From assembly GCA_963702845.1 (NCBI GenBank), contig OY969763.1:384001-448000 (forward strand): 64,000 nt of DNA, read 5' to 3'. The position numbers were made by a program, and so were the translations under genes. This document shows, in pieces, positions 20,001-28,565 of this stretch. Each line of letters opens with the position of its first letter. Position 1 is the first letter of the stretch. Below the pieces are notes generated by a model, which worked only from the letters and a program-made list of their open reading frames with translations, was not told the origin of the DNA and ran no database searches. This stretch comes from an uncultured Verrucomicrobiae bacterium (lineage in GTDB: Bacteria > Verrucomicrobiota > Verrucomicrobiia > Limisphaerales > Palsa-1400).

Positions 20001-20210
20001 GCTGTGGAAGACCAGGCGACAGATCGTGCACATCGCATTGGACAAACCAAAGTTGTGACGAGCTACAAATTGATCACGCGCGATACGGTCGAGGAGAAAA
20101 TGCTCACGTTGCAAAACCGCAAGAGGGAGATCATTCAATCGACGATTGGTGGCGAAGAAGAATTTGCCGCCGCCTTGAACTGGGACGAGATCCAGGAATT
20201 GTTGGCGTAA
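17094..20210 (+). CDS. SWIM-domain SNF2 family helicase
   Basis: CTC...CAH SWIM motif, LADEMGLGKT, DEAQHIKN, LTGTPLEN, QATDRAHRIGQ. Confidence 0.93.
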   Translation: MSRMSLELTEKLLSDAAGWDVMKHARAYLSQGQVVSSFWEAPLLRGVVQAGELSVRASMVIKSASDIENLCTCREAREWGKICAHGVAVGLHWLKAQRGEVIAPESAAKPATTKAKKTPSLLRADDGEPTELFFVLPPNFDQAAARGRIMLVVEGKWSGGRCPLNALPKGRRYAFSEQDNTVLDALEEFTGGETPAVLQLEVKDFTALLPTLAAHPRIALGKSSEVVVSKVPFVLPLRATLQANGEIVLALKEKAGGVAMIGDWGWCNSTLQPLALPPGLKEIVRGPLRIARLQVPAFLNQQWPQLQASGAAEANFKLEDFTVGPQTPRFLLELRGGLAQLGARLQCAYGSRIMTVGVTTDDVWMPDPEIPTSYAMRDVGAERTALARLQRHGFSAPDSFGKMQLLGQNAVLNFLAREFPRLQREWTVTLDEHLENRTLRNIERVEPQFQITPSGVQWFDLGVVFATSSGETFSAAEIQRLILSGQSHTRSKSGKTVVIDTGAVEEMQEVLLDCAPQQHAQGYRMSNTQAGFLEATLRKHTSWKVEAPTEWRDRAARQSGEAKLDCPPLGNLESVLRPYQKHGVAWLQFLRENGFGGILADEMGLGKTLQTLAFLRFVREKNPTAAPMLIVCPTSLVFNWMAEAKKFTPELKMLALHGPNRHPLFDQISQSDIVVTSYALARRDAERYRDFEFDTVVLDEAQHIKNRETQNAQAVKAVKSTHRLVLTGTPLENSVLDLWSVFDFLMPGYLGGAKDFRERYEIPITKSKDAAAQQLLSRRLRPFLLRRLKKEVAADLPAKIEQVSFCELTPEQRGVYQQVIEASRKEVLEAVGAQGLAKSRMVVLTALLRLRQVCCDLRLLKLENVNAATASSKLEMFGELLEEVIDGGHRVLVFSQFVTMLGLLKERLASEGIEYCYLDGSTTNRAAVVSQFQTNAAIPVFLISLKAGGVGLNLTGADTVIHFDPWWNPAVEDQATDRAHRIGQTKVVTSYKLITRDTVEEKMLTLQNRKREIIQSTIGGEEEFAAALNWDEIQELLA

Positions 20211-20602
20211 TGCGAGGCCGAAGATTGCGTCAATCCGCAGAACTGCCGTAAGCGCAACGCAATTTGGTGCGCCTGCGCGATCAACTCAGAGGCGCATTCA
20301 GGAGTGAGCCACTGACGGCAATTGGCTTCCCATAGACTAAGCCAGGCGGTGAAGTGTTCTTCGCGCAATCCCAATGGAATATGCCGCATCGGCATGCCGC
20401 CAGCGTATCTTGCAGGGCCACCTGTGACTTGCGTCCAGAACTTCGCAATCTTTTCGATGTGTTCGGGCCAGTTCTCGATTTTGCTGTTAAAAATGGGACC
20501 GAGAAGCTGATGTTGGCGAACGTCAGCATAGAAGTGCCTCAGCAATTGCTCAATCGTCTGCCGTCCACCAAGTCTCTCAAATAATACCGAGGTCTCTTCC
20601 AT
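20135..20602 (-). CDS. Group III truncated hemoglobin
   Basis: LGG...FYADVRQHQLLGPIF...WPEHIEKIAKFW...HF..WL.LW. Its 3' end overlaps the SNF2 gene by 76 bp. Confidence 0.85.
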   Translation of the reverse strand: MEETSVLFERLGGRQTIEQLLRHFYADVRQHQLLGPIFNSKIENWPEHIEKIAKFWTQVTGGPARYAGGMPMRHIPLGLREEHFTAWLSLWEANCRQWLTPECASELIAQAHQIALRLRQFCGLTQSSASHYANNSWISSQFKAAANSSSPPIVD

Positions 20603-20632
20603 CAATATTTATCATTAATACATCAAATATTG
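20603..20632. promoter_or_regulatory. Palindromic operator, NsrR/Rrf2-like, upstream of trHb
   Basis: CAATATTT-N14-AAATATTG. On the minus strand GATGTAT-N5-ATAAATA resembles the NsrR consensus gATGyAT-N5-ATryATc. Confidence 0.45.
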
Positions 20633-20773
20633 GGGCAACGCGAGTTTGGGTTAAGCGGGAATCCCATTAACCGTCGCATTTCATAATTCTCACACTTCGC
20701 GCAATAAACGGTTAGCTCTTCGCAAGAGCGGTGTATCGCCATTTCCCGAGGCGAACGACTCTAATTCAAGAAT

Positions 20774-20793
20774 TAAAGACAGTTATTTCTTTA
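20774..20793. promoter_or_regulatory. Palindromic operator upstream of ric
   Basis: TAAAGA-N8-TCTTTA, 3 bp before the ATG at 20797. An Rrf2 gene lies in the same run. Confidence 0.4.
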
Positions 20794-20796
20794 TTT

Positions 20797-21525
20797 ATGA
20801 GTCACAAAGCAAACGTCTTCTCTGCACCGGGAACTCCGGTTGAACAACGCACCGTTGGTGAACTGGTCGCTGAACGCCCGGGGCGCTCGCGGATTTTCCA
20901 ACAGCACCAAATCGATTTCTGCTGCCAGGGCGGCTTGAAACTGCAGGATGCTTGCACCCGCAAAGGCGTGCCGGTCCAAACAATCGTCGAGCAGCTCGAA
21001 GCCGAAGCTGCGCAAAAGGTCGAAGGTGAAAACCCGGCGACGTTGCCCCTGCACGAGTTGACCGGCTACATCGTCGGCAAGCATCACGAATTTTTGAAAC
21101 GCGAGTTGCCGCGCCTGTCGCAGATGTCGGCGCGCGTCGCGAAAGTTCACGGCGACCATACCCCGTCGCTCGTCGAAATGGCTCATGTCTATCAAGGCAT
21201 GTCCGAGGAACTCTCGAGCCACATAATGAAGGAGGAGCAGATTCTTTTTCCCGCCATCGAGTCGCTCAGCACCAGTCGTGCAAAAGCTTTTCCGCTCGAT
21301 GGGCCGATCGCGTGCATGCTCCACGAGCATGACGATGCCGGCGCGGCGTTGAAACGTCTCCGTGAGTTGTCACACGGATTCGTTCCGCCGCCGGAGGCTT
21401 GTAACACGTATCGCGCGCTGTTCGCCGGGCTCGCAGATCTCGAAGAAGATTTGCACACGCACATCCACCTCGAGAACGCGGTGTTGTTTCCGGCCGCACA
21501 AGCGCTGGTCCAAGCCAACAACTGA
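20797..21525 (+). CDS. ric: Iron-sulfur cluster repair di-iron protein
   Basis: IDFCCQG N-terminal motif, hemerythrin motifs HH, HIMKEE, EH, ACNTYR, HIHLEN. Confidence 0.93.
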   Translation: MSHKANVFSAPGTPVEQRTVGELVAERPGRSRIFQQHQIDFCCQGGLKLQDACTRKGVPVQTIVEQLEAEAAQKVEGENPATLPLHELTGYIVGKHHEFLKRELPRLSQMSARVAKVHGDHTPSLVEMAHVYQGMSEELSSHIMKEEQILFPAIESLSTSRAKAFPLDGPIACMLHEHDDAGAALKRLRELSHGFVPPPEACNTYRALFAGLADLEEDLHTHIHLENAVLFPAAQALVQANN

Positions 21526-21532
21526 GGTCGCT

Positions 21533-21988
21533 ATGTTCGCTTACGGTCAAACTTCCGCCAATGCCATCGCGGTGATGAGTTATCTCGCCGCGGTGCCGGG
21601 CCGTCGCGCGGGCTCGGGGGAGATCGCCGAAGCTCGTGGGATTTCGCAAGCGCTGACCGGCAAGTTGCTGACGCAATTGTCGGCGGCGGGGTTGGTCGAT
21701 GGGCAACCTGGACCGAATGGCGGATACACGTTGGCGAAGAAGGCTGAAGACATTTCGTTGTGGGCGATCGCCTCGCTGTTTGAACAACTCGATCCGCCGA
21801 CGCTGTGCGCGTTCGGACGCGGTTGGTGCGGAAATGGTGATCCGTGCCCGCTCCACGACAAAATCCACGCCATGGTGGAAGATAACCGGCGCTTCATGGA
21901 AGGAACACGGCTCTCGGTCTTCCTCGGGCACGAGAAGAATTTTAAATCGATATCGGAACAACGGGACGAAGTTTTAAATCCTAAATAG
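21533..21988 (+). CDS. Rrf2 family transcriptional regulator (Fe-S type)
   Basis: wHTH with GPNGGYTLA, C-terminal CAFGRGWCGNGDPCPLH. Confidence 0.9.
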   Translation: MFAYGQTSANAIAVMSYLAAVPGRRAGSGEIAEARGISQALTGKLLTQLSAAGLVDGQPGPNGGYTLAKKAEDISLWAIASLFEQLDPPTLCAFGRGWCGNGDPCPLHDKIHAMVEDNRRFMEGTRLSVFLGHEKNFKSISEQRDEVLNPK

Positions 21989-21990
21989 CT

Positions 21991-23205
21991 ATGAAGAAGA
22001 TGATGCTATGTTCGCTCGCTGCTGCGGTTTTGATGGCGGTTGGTTGCGGTGAACAAAAATCCAACAACCAACAATCGGCGACTGCGGCGAGGAATGAAGC
22101 AGCTCCCGCGCAACCAGCGGTGACGTTTTCCGATTTTCAAGTGCCGGCCAAACCGGAAGTGAATCCCGCGTTGGTGGGGCATGGTAAAGAAGTTTATCAA
22201 AAAAATTGTGCCGCCTGTCACGGGGACAAGGGCGACGGCCACGGGATTTGCAGCGCATTTTTGCTGCCGCCACCGCGTGACTTTACCCGGGCTCAATATC
22301 GGTTGCGCTCGACGGAAACCGGAAAGTTGCCGACCGACGAAGATCTTTTCCGCGCAGTGTCCCTTGGTTTGTCTGGCACGCCGATGCCTCCCTGGCGGTT
22401 CATGTTGAATGAGACCGACCGTTGGTCAGTGGTTGAATACGTGAAAACATTTTCGCCACGGTTCGCCGGGATTGAAGCGAAGCCATTGGTCGACCTCGGT
22501 AAAGCACCGGAACGCAATGACACCGCGATCAATCAAGGCAAAGTGCTTTACGCGAAGATGCAGTGCGCAAGTTGCCATGGAGAAAAAGGGCAGGGTGATG
22601 GTCCGTCAGCGTTCTCGTTGAAAGACGATGCTGGGAACAAAATTGCGGCGCGGGACTTTTCCAAACCGAGCGGATTTAAAGCCGGCTACGCCACAAAGGA
22701 GATCGTGCGCGGTTTCCTGACCGGCTTCAACGGCACGCCGATGCCGAGCTTTGAAAGCAGCTTGAGCAAAGAGGATGCATGGAAGCTGGCCTACTACGTT
22801 GAAACATTGGTGAAAGCGCCGAATACGCCGGACGCGCGTGTATCTCAGAACTTCCTGCATCGCGAACAACTCGGGGCCCCAGACGTTAAAGTGAAATTGA
22901 CCGAGCGCGCCTGGCAATTCGACCCGAACGAAATTCACGTCAAAAAAGGCCAGGTCGTCGAAGTGACTTTCGAACCGACCGACAACGGCCTCGGCGTTGG
23001 ACATGGTTTTGCGATCAGCAGCTATGACGAAAATGCATTCATGAATGGCGCAATGGTTGGCGCGCCGAAGACGGTGAAATTCCGTGCCGACCGTGCCGGC
23101 CGATTCATCTTCTACTGCTCGACGCAGTGCTCCACCGACAAGCTCCATCCGCTGATGAACGGCACGTTGATCGTGGATGACGACATCAAAACCGCCAGCC
23201 GGTAA
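21991..23205 (+). CDS. Lipoprotein diheme cytochrome c fused to C-terminal cupredoxin (CuA-like) domain
   Basis: Lipobox-like MAVG-C, CAACH and CASCH each followed by GTPMP, C-terminal HGF...FYCSTQCSTDKLHPLM. Confidence 0.8.
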   Translation: MKKMMLCSLAAAVLMAVGCGEQKSNNQQSATAARNEAAPAQPAVTFSDFQVPAKPEVNPALVGHGKEVYQKNCAACHGDKGDGHGICSAFLLPPPRDFTRAQYRLRSTETGKLPTDEDLFRAVSLGLSGTPMPPWRFMLNETDRWSVVEYVKTFSPRFAGIEAKPLVDLGKAPERNDTAINQGKVLYAKMQCASCHGEKGQGDGPSAFSLKDDAGNKIAARDFSKPSGFKAGYATKEIVRGFLTGFNGTPMPSFESSLSKEDAWKLAYYVETLVKAPNTPDARVSQNFLHREQLGAPDVKVKLTERAWQFDPNEIHVKKGQVVEVTFEPTDNGLGVGHGFAISSYDENAFMNGAMVGAPKTVKFRADRAGRFIFYCSTQCSTDKLHPLMNGTLIVDDDIKTASR

Positions 23206-23224
23206 CCCAATAGAATTTACTGAC

Positions 23225-25036
23225 ATGAAAACGAAATCTTTTATCGCCCTGATCATCGCATTACCGCTGGCGTTCACCGCGTGTAATTCGGACTCCTCGA
23301 AGGACAAAGCCGCCGCCGTGTCCAGTGCTGCTGAAAAAGTTTATGTCGCGCCGGGCAAGTTGGATGATTACTACGCGTTCCTGAGCGGCGGCCAAAGCGG
23401 CAGCGTGTTCGTCTATGGCATTCCGTCGTGCCGATTTATTCGCGAGATTCCAATTTTTGAACCGCGCGCCGGGTTAGGTTACGCCAACAATCCTGGCACG
23501 GAGTCTTACAAGCGCCTACGTGAATCCGGCCCAACCTGGGGTGATACACATCATCCGGTGTTGAGCCAGACGGACGGCAAATACGACGGAAAAAATCTGT
23601 GGATTAACGACAAGGCCAACGGTCGTGTTGCCCGCGTCGATTTGCACACGTTCGACGTCGCAAAAATCGAACGCGTGCCGAACATCCAGGGCGCCCACGG
23701 CTTGGCGGCGTATTTGCCGTCGTGCAAATACGTGTTCGTGAACGGCGAATTGGAACACGATTTTGAGAAAAACAGCAATGACCCGAACAATTATCGCTCG
23801 GTCATTGCCTTTTTGGACGGACAAACTTTGGAAACGAAATTTGAAGTGAGTTTCGTCGGCAATGCGGATATCGCGAGCTCGGGCAAGGACGGCAAATATG
23901 TTTTTGTCACGATGTATAATACCGAGAATGGCATGACCAGCGAAGGGATGATCGAGCGCGACCGCGATGCTGTCGGCGCGATTGACGTGCCACTGGCGGA
24001 GAAGGTCGTTGCCGAAGGTAAAGCGACCACAATCAACGGCGTTCCGGTCATCGACAGCACGAAGAATCCCGGCGTGCTCACGCTGATTCCGGTGCCGAAA
24101 AATCCGCACGGTTGTAACGTCACGCCCGATGGCAAATACGTTTTGGCGAGCGGCAAGTTGTCGCCAACGGTCACAATCATCGACGCGCATACGTTGAAGG
24201 TTGTCGCAGAACCGGAAGTCGGTTTGGGCCCGCTTCACAGCACCTTTGACAATCGCGGCAATGTTTTCACATCGCTGTTTGTCGACTCGCAAATCGTGAA
24301 ATGGAACCTGGAAAAGGCGATCAAGGGTGACCCGAGCTACATCGTCGATCGCGTTGATGTACATTACAACGTCGGCCACACCAAAGCGGCGGGCGCGGAC
24401 ACGAGTTTTCCGAGCGGCGATTGGCTAATTTCGTTGAACAAACTGAGCAAAGGCATGTTCCTGCCGGTCGGTCCTGCCATGCCTGAATCGCAGGAGTTGG
24501 TCGACATCTCTGGCGACAAGATGAAAGTCGTTGCTGCGTTTCCTTCACCTCCTGAACCGCACGACGCAGTGATGTGCGCGCGCCAGGTGTTGGCAGACAA
24601 AGTGGCGCAGACGTATCAACTGCCTGCCAAAGCGACGAAGCTCGGCGAAGAAAAGGTCGTTCGCAACGGCAATAAACTGGAAGTTTACATGACCTGCATC
24701 CGTTCGAAGTTTGTTCCCGAAACATTTGAGGTTCACGCAGGCGACGAGGTCACAATTCATCTTACGAACGTCGAAACCGTTCGCGATATGACCCACGGTT
24801 TGGCGATTGCCGACCACGGCATCAACGTCGCGTGCGATCCCGGCCAGACGCAGGACGTGATGTTCACAGCCGGCAAGCCGGGCACGTATTGGTATTACTG
24901 CACCTGGTTCTGCTCGGCGCTCCATCTGGAAATGCGCGGACGCATGTTGGTGAAGAACGTAGGCGAACCGGTGAGCGATAATCTCAATCCTGTGGCCGCC
25001 CATGGAAATGCTGAACCCAAGGCTTCGTATGAATAA
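23225..25036 (+). CDS. nosZ: Nitrous oxide reductase, Sec/lipoprotein type
   Basis: Seven CuZ histidines (DTHH, GAHG, NPHG, GPLH, VGH, EPH) and CuA (HG...CTWFCSALHLEM). Signal ends FTA-C with no twin-arginine motif. Confidence 0.97.
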   Translation: MKTKSFIALIIALPLAFTACNSDSSKDKAAAVSSAAEKVYVAPGKLDDYYAFLSGGQSGSVFVYGIPSCRFIREIPIFEPRAGLGYANNPGTESYKRLRESGPTWGDTHHPVLSQTDGKYDGKNLWINDKANGRVARVDLHTFDVAKIERVPNIQGAHGLAAYLPSCKYVFVNGELEHDFEKNSNDPNNYRSVIAFLDGQTLETKFEVSFVGNADIASSGKDGKYVFVTMYNTENGMTSEGMIERDRDAVGAIDVPLAEKVVAEGKATTINGVPVIDSTKNPGVLTLIPVPKNPHGCNVTPDGKYVLASGKLSPTVTIIDAHTLKVVAEPEVGLGPLHSTFDNRGNVFTSLFVDSQIVKWNLEKAIKGDPSYIVDRVDVHYNVGHTKAAGADTSFPSGDWLISLNKLSKGMFLPVGPAMPESQELVDISGDKMKVVAAFPSPPEPHDAVMCARQVLADKVAQTYQLPAKATKLGEEKVVRNGNKLEVYMTCIRSKFVPETFEVHAGDEVTIHLTNVETVRDMTHGLAIADHGINVACDPGQTQDVMFTAGKPGTYWYYCTWFCSALHLEMRGRMLVKNVGEPVSDNLNPVAAHGNAEPKASYE

Positions 25037-25745
25037 CTCGACGCGTAAAGTTCTGACGATCGTATTCGCAAGCGCCGCAAGCGCACTGCTGGTGGGAAGC
25101 TTGGCCTTGCCGCTGTGGAAAATGCGCATGGACGCGCCACAGTATCAAGGTGATGAAGCGCTGAAAGTCGCCGTATATGCCGGTAAAATGACCGGTGACC
25201 TCAATGAAATTCAACACATCCAGCAATACGTCGGCATCAAAGTGCCGAGTCATTTACCGCAACTGCAATGGTTGCCGGGCGTGCTGATTGGCGGTGCGGT
25301 GGTTAGTTTCATTGCCGCGTTTTTGCCAATCGTTGCGCGACGTCGCGCATTGCTCGCGACGGTAGCGGGAGTATGCGTCGCCATTGGAATCGCGGGCGGA
25401 CAGGCGCAGTACCAGATGTATAAAATCGGTCACGAGCGAACACGGAGTCCGCTGGCGAGAGTGCAAAGTTTTACCACGCCGCTGCTGGGCGATTTAAAAT
25501 TTGCCAACTTCCACATCAAATCACGCCTTGGTTGGGGTTCGTTTTTGATCGGGGGCGCGTTGCTGTTGCAATTGGCCGGTGTGCGTTTGTCTGCGGTCGC
25601 ACGAAAGGCCAACGAATCACATCGGCCTGTTGTCATTAACCCAAATCATTCGTTTCAACGAACGATTCCCGCGGATTCTGCGGCTTCCAGCAAAACCAAT
25701 TCAAAGTTTTCGCCGGACGTTCGATTGACCGCTTACGAAATTTAA
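25029..25745 (+). CDS. nosB: NosB-like membrane protein of clade II nos clusters
   Basis: LPLW...APQY...GDLNEI...YVG motif, four TM segments, position directly after nosZ. Confidence 0.7.
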   Translation: MNNSTRKVLTIVFASAASALLVGSLALPLWKMRMDAPQYQGDEALKVAVYAGKMTGDLNEIQHIQQYVGIKVPSHLPQLQWLPGVLIGGAVVSFIAAFLPIVARRRALLATVAGVCVAIGIAGGQAQYQMYKIGHERTRSPLARVQSFTTPLLGDLKFANFHIKSRLGWGSFLIGGALLLQLAGVRLSAVARKANESHRPVVINPNHSFQRTIPADSAASSKTNSKFSPDVRLTAYEI

Positions 25746-25749
25746 CTCC

Positions 25750-27270
25750 ATGAAAGGTTCCAGAATTTTATTCATCTCGGGGGTGTTGCTGTTGTTGGGC
25801 GTGTTCATCATCGGCATCTACATCGTGCCGCGCGGGCAAGCCGGCGGTCCCAAAACCGCGCGGCAAAGCGATGCGGCGCGAGTGCCGATTTCCGACGTGT
25901 TCCTCGATGTTACATACGCTACGCCCGATTTCATCAAACGCGTGAAGCTGGAGCCGTATCTCGGTTCGCACGAGAAGCGCGCGCAACCTTTTCTCATCGG
26001 CGTCAACACCCACGTCGGTTCGATCGAAGAACTCGATTTACGCGGCAAGGTCCATTTGCAGGACAGTGATGGGAATTTGTACCCTGCAATCGGTGAACCG
26101 GTGGTGGTCAGCGAGCATCACAATATGTATTTGCTCGCATTCCCGTTGTTTGACCATCACGGCAAACCAATCTTCGCCGCCGACCGCCAGTCGTTTAAGT
26201 TAATTGTAAGCGGCGTCGGCAAAGCGCCGGAACGCATCTTCGAATGGAAACTGCCGGTGGTGGAAGAAACCCCGGCGCGCACGCTCGCCAACGCGTTGAT
26301 CATGGCGTTGAGCGTGATCGGGGCGTTGATGGTGATATTGAGCTCATGCGCGATTGAACTGACCACTTACTACACGGGAATTATTGCCGGCGTCGTCAGC
26401 TCTGCGGCCATTGCCGAACGCGGAACGAAAATGCCGCTCGGTGTTCGCGCGCGAATTATTTGCAATCTCGCTGCGTTTGTTGCTGGATTTACGCTGCTCT
26501 ACACAATCAGCGGCGCGATGGTCTCGACAATGGGCCAGAAGTTGATGGCGATGTCAAAGCCGGTGGCAGAACAAATTTGTGAAGTTCCGACTGGCGTGAA
26601 TCCGACTGCCACCACTGCAGCGGCGCCGGTAAAACATCCAGTCGGTCACGCTGCGCATGGATCGATGTTCGGACCTTGGGCGCATTATGCCAGCTGGCTT
26701 GGTGCGGGTTTTCTAATTTTCTTCGCATTGAAAGCAGTCGGCGTGATTAAGCGCGGCAACGTGTGCCTCGTGTGGATGGCACAATTCGGCCGCAAGATGC
26801 GCGCAGGCATCGCGTGGGTGGTGGGGCTCGTTTCACCCAAACGCGCCGCGGTCATTCGTGCGCCAGGCTTCAGCATGCGCGTCGCGGGAAACATCACACC
26901 GGCAAACTCGTTCTGCGCCGGCCTCGGCCTTTCCGTGAGTTGCCTCACTTGTATGGGCGGAGCGATTTTGTATCCCTTGCTGATCTTTGTTGGCACGTCG
27001 ACATGGTATTGGGGCGCTCTCATTCTCGGCACTTACTCGATCGCGCTGGCGGTGCCGATGGCGGCAATCGCTTTAGCCGTCGGCAACTTCGCATGGCAAT
27101 GGAGCACTAAAGCGTGGGTTACGCGTGGACTGCAATATTCCAGCGCCGTGGTGATGATTTTCGTTGCAGTGCTAATCGCCTTCGATCGCACCCGTTTTAT
27201 TAATAGCGTCGTTTTCACTATGCTGAGCGCATTGGGCGGAAAACCGGACGCTACTTTTGCTCAACTGTGA
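25750..27270 (+). CDS. CcdA/DsbD-type membrane thiol-redox protein with N-terminal soluble domain
   Basis: About six TM helices with Cys in LSSCAIE and SCLTCMGG, FVAGFTLLY...G, YSIALAVP. Confidence 0.65.
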   Translation: MKGSRILFISGVLLLLGVFIIGIYIVPRGQAGGPKTARQSDAARVPISDVFLDVTYATPDFIKRVKLEPYLGSHEKRAQPFLIGVNTHVGSIEELDLRGKVHLQDSDGNLYPAIGEPVVVSEHHNMYLLAFPLFDHHGKPIFAADRQSFKLIVSGVGKAPERIFEWKLPVVEETPARTLANALIMALSVIGALMVILSSCAIELTTYYTGIIAGVVSSAAIAERGTKMPLGVRARIICNLAAFVAGFTLLYTISGAMVSTMGQKLMAMSKPVAEQICEVPTGVNPTATTAAAPVKHPVGHAAHGSMFGPWAHYASWLGAGFLIFFALKAVGVIKRGNVCLVWMAQFGRKMRAGIAWVVGLVSPKRAAVIRAPGFSMRVAGNITPANSFCAGLGLSVSCLTCMGGAILYPLLIFVGTSTWYWGALILGTYSIALAVPMAAIALAVGNFAWQWSTKAWVTRGLQYSSAVVMIFVAVLIAFDRTRFINSVVFTMLSALGGKPDATFAQL

Positions 27271-28565
27271 AGTTTTGCCCGACCATTTTATGCGCGTTGG
27301 CGGTTGCCACCTCCGTGACTGCGGCCACGATCCCGGTCGCGAATACTATCCAACGCGCTTACGATTTAGCGAAAGATGGGGATACGCTTCTGGTGAACGG
27401 TCCCACGGTGTTCCACGAGCACATCAAAATAACGAAGCGCGTTCAACTCATCGGAACGAACAATCCTGTAATTGATGCCGACGCCAGTGGCAGTCCGCTG
27501 AGGATCGAAACTGAGGGCGTTCAAGTCCATGGAATTACAGTGCGCAACGGCGGCGTCGATCTTGGCGCGCCAGACGCGGGCATTCTCATTCGCGCGTCGA
27601 AAACGATTGTCGAGAATGTGCACGTCGAATGTGGTGGATTTGGAATTTACCTTCGAGCGAGCGACAATTGCCGCATCGCAAACAACGTCATCGTCGGAAA
27701 CACGAACGTTGAAAACGCCAAACGTGGTAACGGCATTCACCTATGGAACTCCAAGAATAATACCATCGCGAACAATTTCGTGACCGGGTCGCGGGACGGA
27801 ATGTATTTCTCGTATGCCGATCAAAACATCATCACGAGCAATCGTGTTGAACATACGCGCTTCGGAATTCACTACATGTATTCGCATCACAATCAACTGC
27901 GCTTCAATACGCTCACCGCAAACTCGGTTGGCGCCGCATTGATGTTCGCGCGCGATTGCGTGGTTGAAGACAACCGGGCGTTTGCCAATAAACGTCACGG
28001 AATTTTGCTCAAGCAGGTTGAGTCATCGCGCTTCATCCACAACGCTGTCTACGGACAGAACCGCGGATTCTTCGTTCAGCAAGCCGCGCTCGATCGCTTT
28101 GAAGAAAACCTGATCTGCGAAAACGACATCGGCCTGTATCTTAGCAATGGTTCTGAGAAAAATGTGTTTGTCGGCAATGCGTTTGTGCGTAACACCGACC
28201 AAATTTGGCAGCCGAGCGACGAAGTCGAGATGGGCCGGCTCGCATCGAACAATTTCCACGAAGGTTGCCGTGGCAATTTCTGGAGCGATTACACCGGCAG
28301 TGACAGCGACGGTAACGGCATCGGCGACACGCCTTATCATGAGACGGATGTTCTCGGTTATATCGTCGATCGTCATCCTGAAGCTCGCGTGTTTGCGTTG
28401 AGCCCGGCGGCGTCGTTGTTGCGCAAGAGCGAGGAAGTTCTGCCGTTGCTGGACGCCCAAGGTGTCACTGACCTATTTCCGCTGATGAATCCCTCTGCCG
28501 ATTCACAAGCAAGGCTCGCGCTGTTTCACCCGGCAAAGCTGTTGGTGAAAGCGACTGACCAATGA
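27267..28565 (+). CDS. nosD: Nitrous oxide reductase maturation protein
   Basis: Beta-helix repeats, RGNGIHLWNS, RDGMYF, RFGIHYMYS, GNFWSDY.G.D.DGNGIGDTPY. Confidence 0.95.
   Translation: MKFCPTILCALAVATSVTAATIPVANTIQRAYDLAKDGDTLLVNGPTVFHEHIKITKRVQLIGTNNPVIDADASGSPLRIETEGVQVHGITVRNGGVDLGAPDAGILIRASKTIVENVHVECGGFGIYLRASDNCRIANNVIVGNTNVENAKRGNGIHLWNSKNNTIANNFVTGSRDGMYFSYADQNIITSNRVEHTRFGIHYMYSHHNQLRFNTLTANSVGAALMFARDCVVEDNRAFANKRHGILLKQVESSRFIHNAVYGQNRGFFVQQAALDRFEENLICENDIGLYLSNGSEKNVFVGNAFVRNTDQIWQPSDEVEMGRLASNNFHEGCRGNFWSDYTGSDSDGNGIGDTPYHETDVLGYIVDRHPEARVFALSPAASLLRKSEEVLPLLDAQGVTDLFPLMNPSADSQARLALFHPAKLLVKATDQ

Noticed and set aside
20731..20796. Extended N termini of ric (20731) and Rrf2 (21362) in the ORF track
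   Set aside because: Family motifs begin after the ATGs at 20797 and 21533. The Rrf2 extension overlaps ric.
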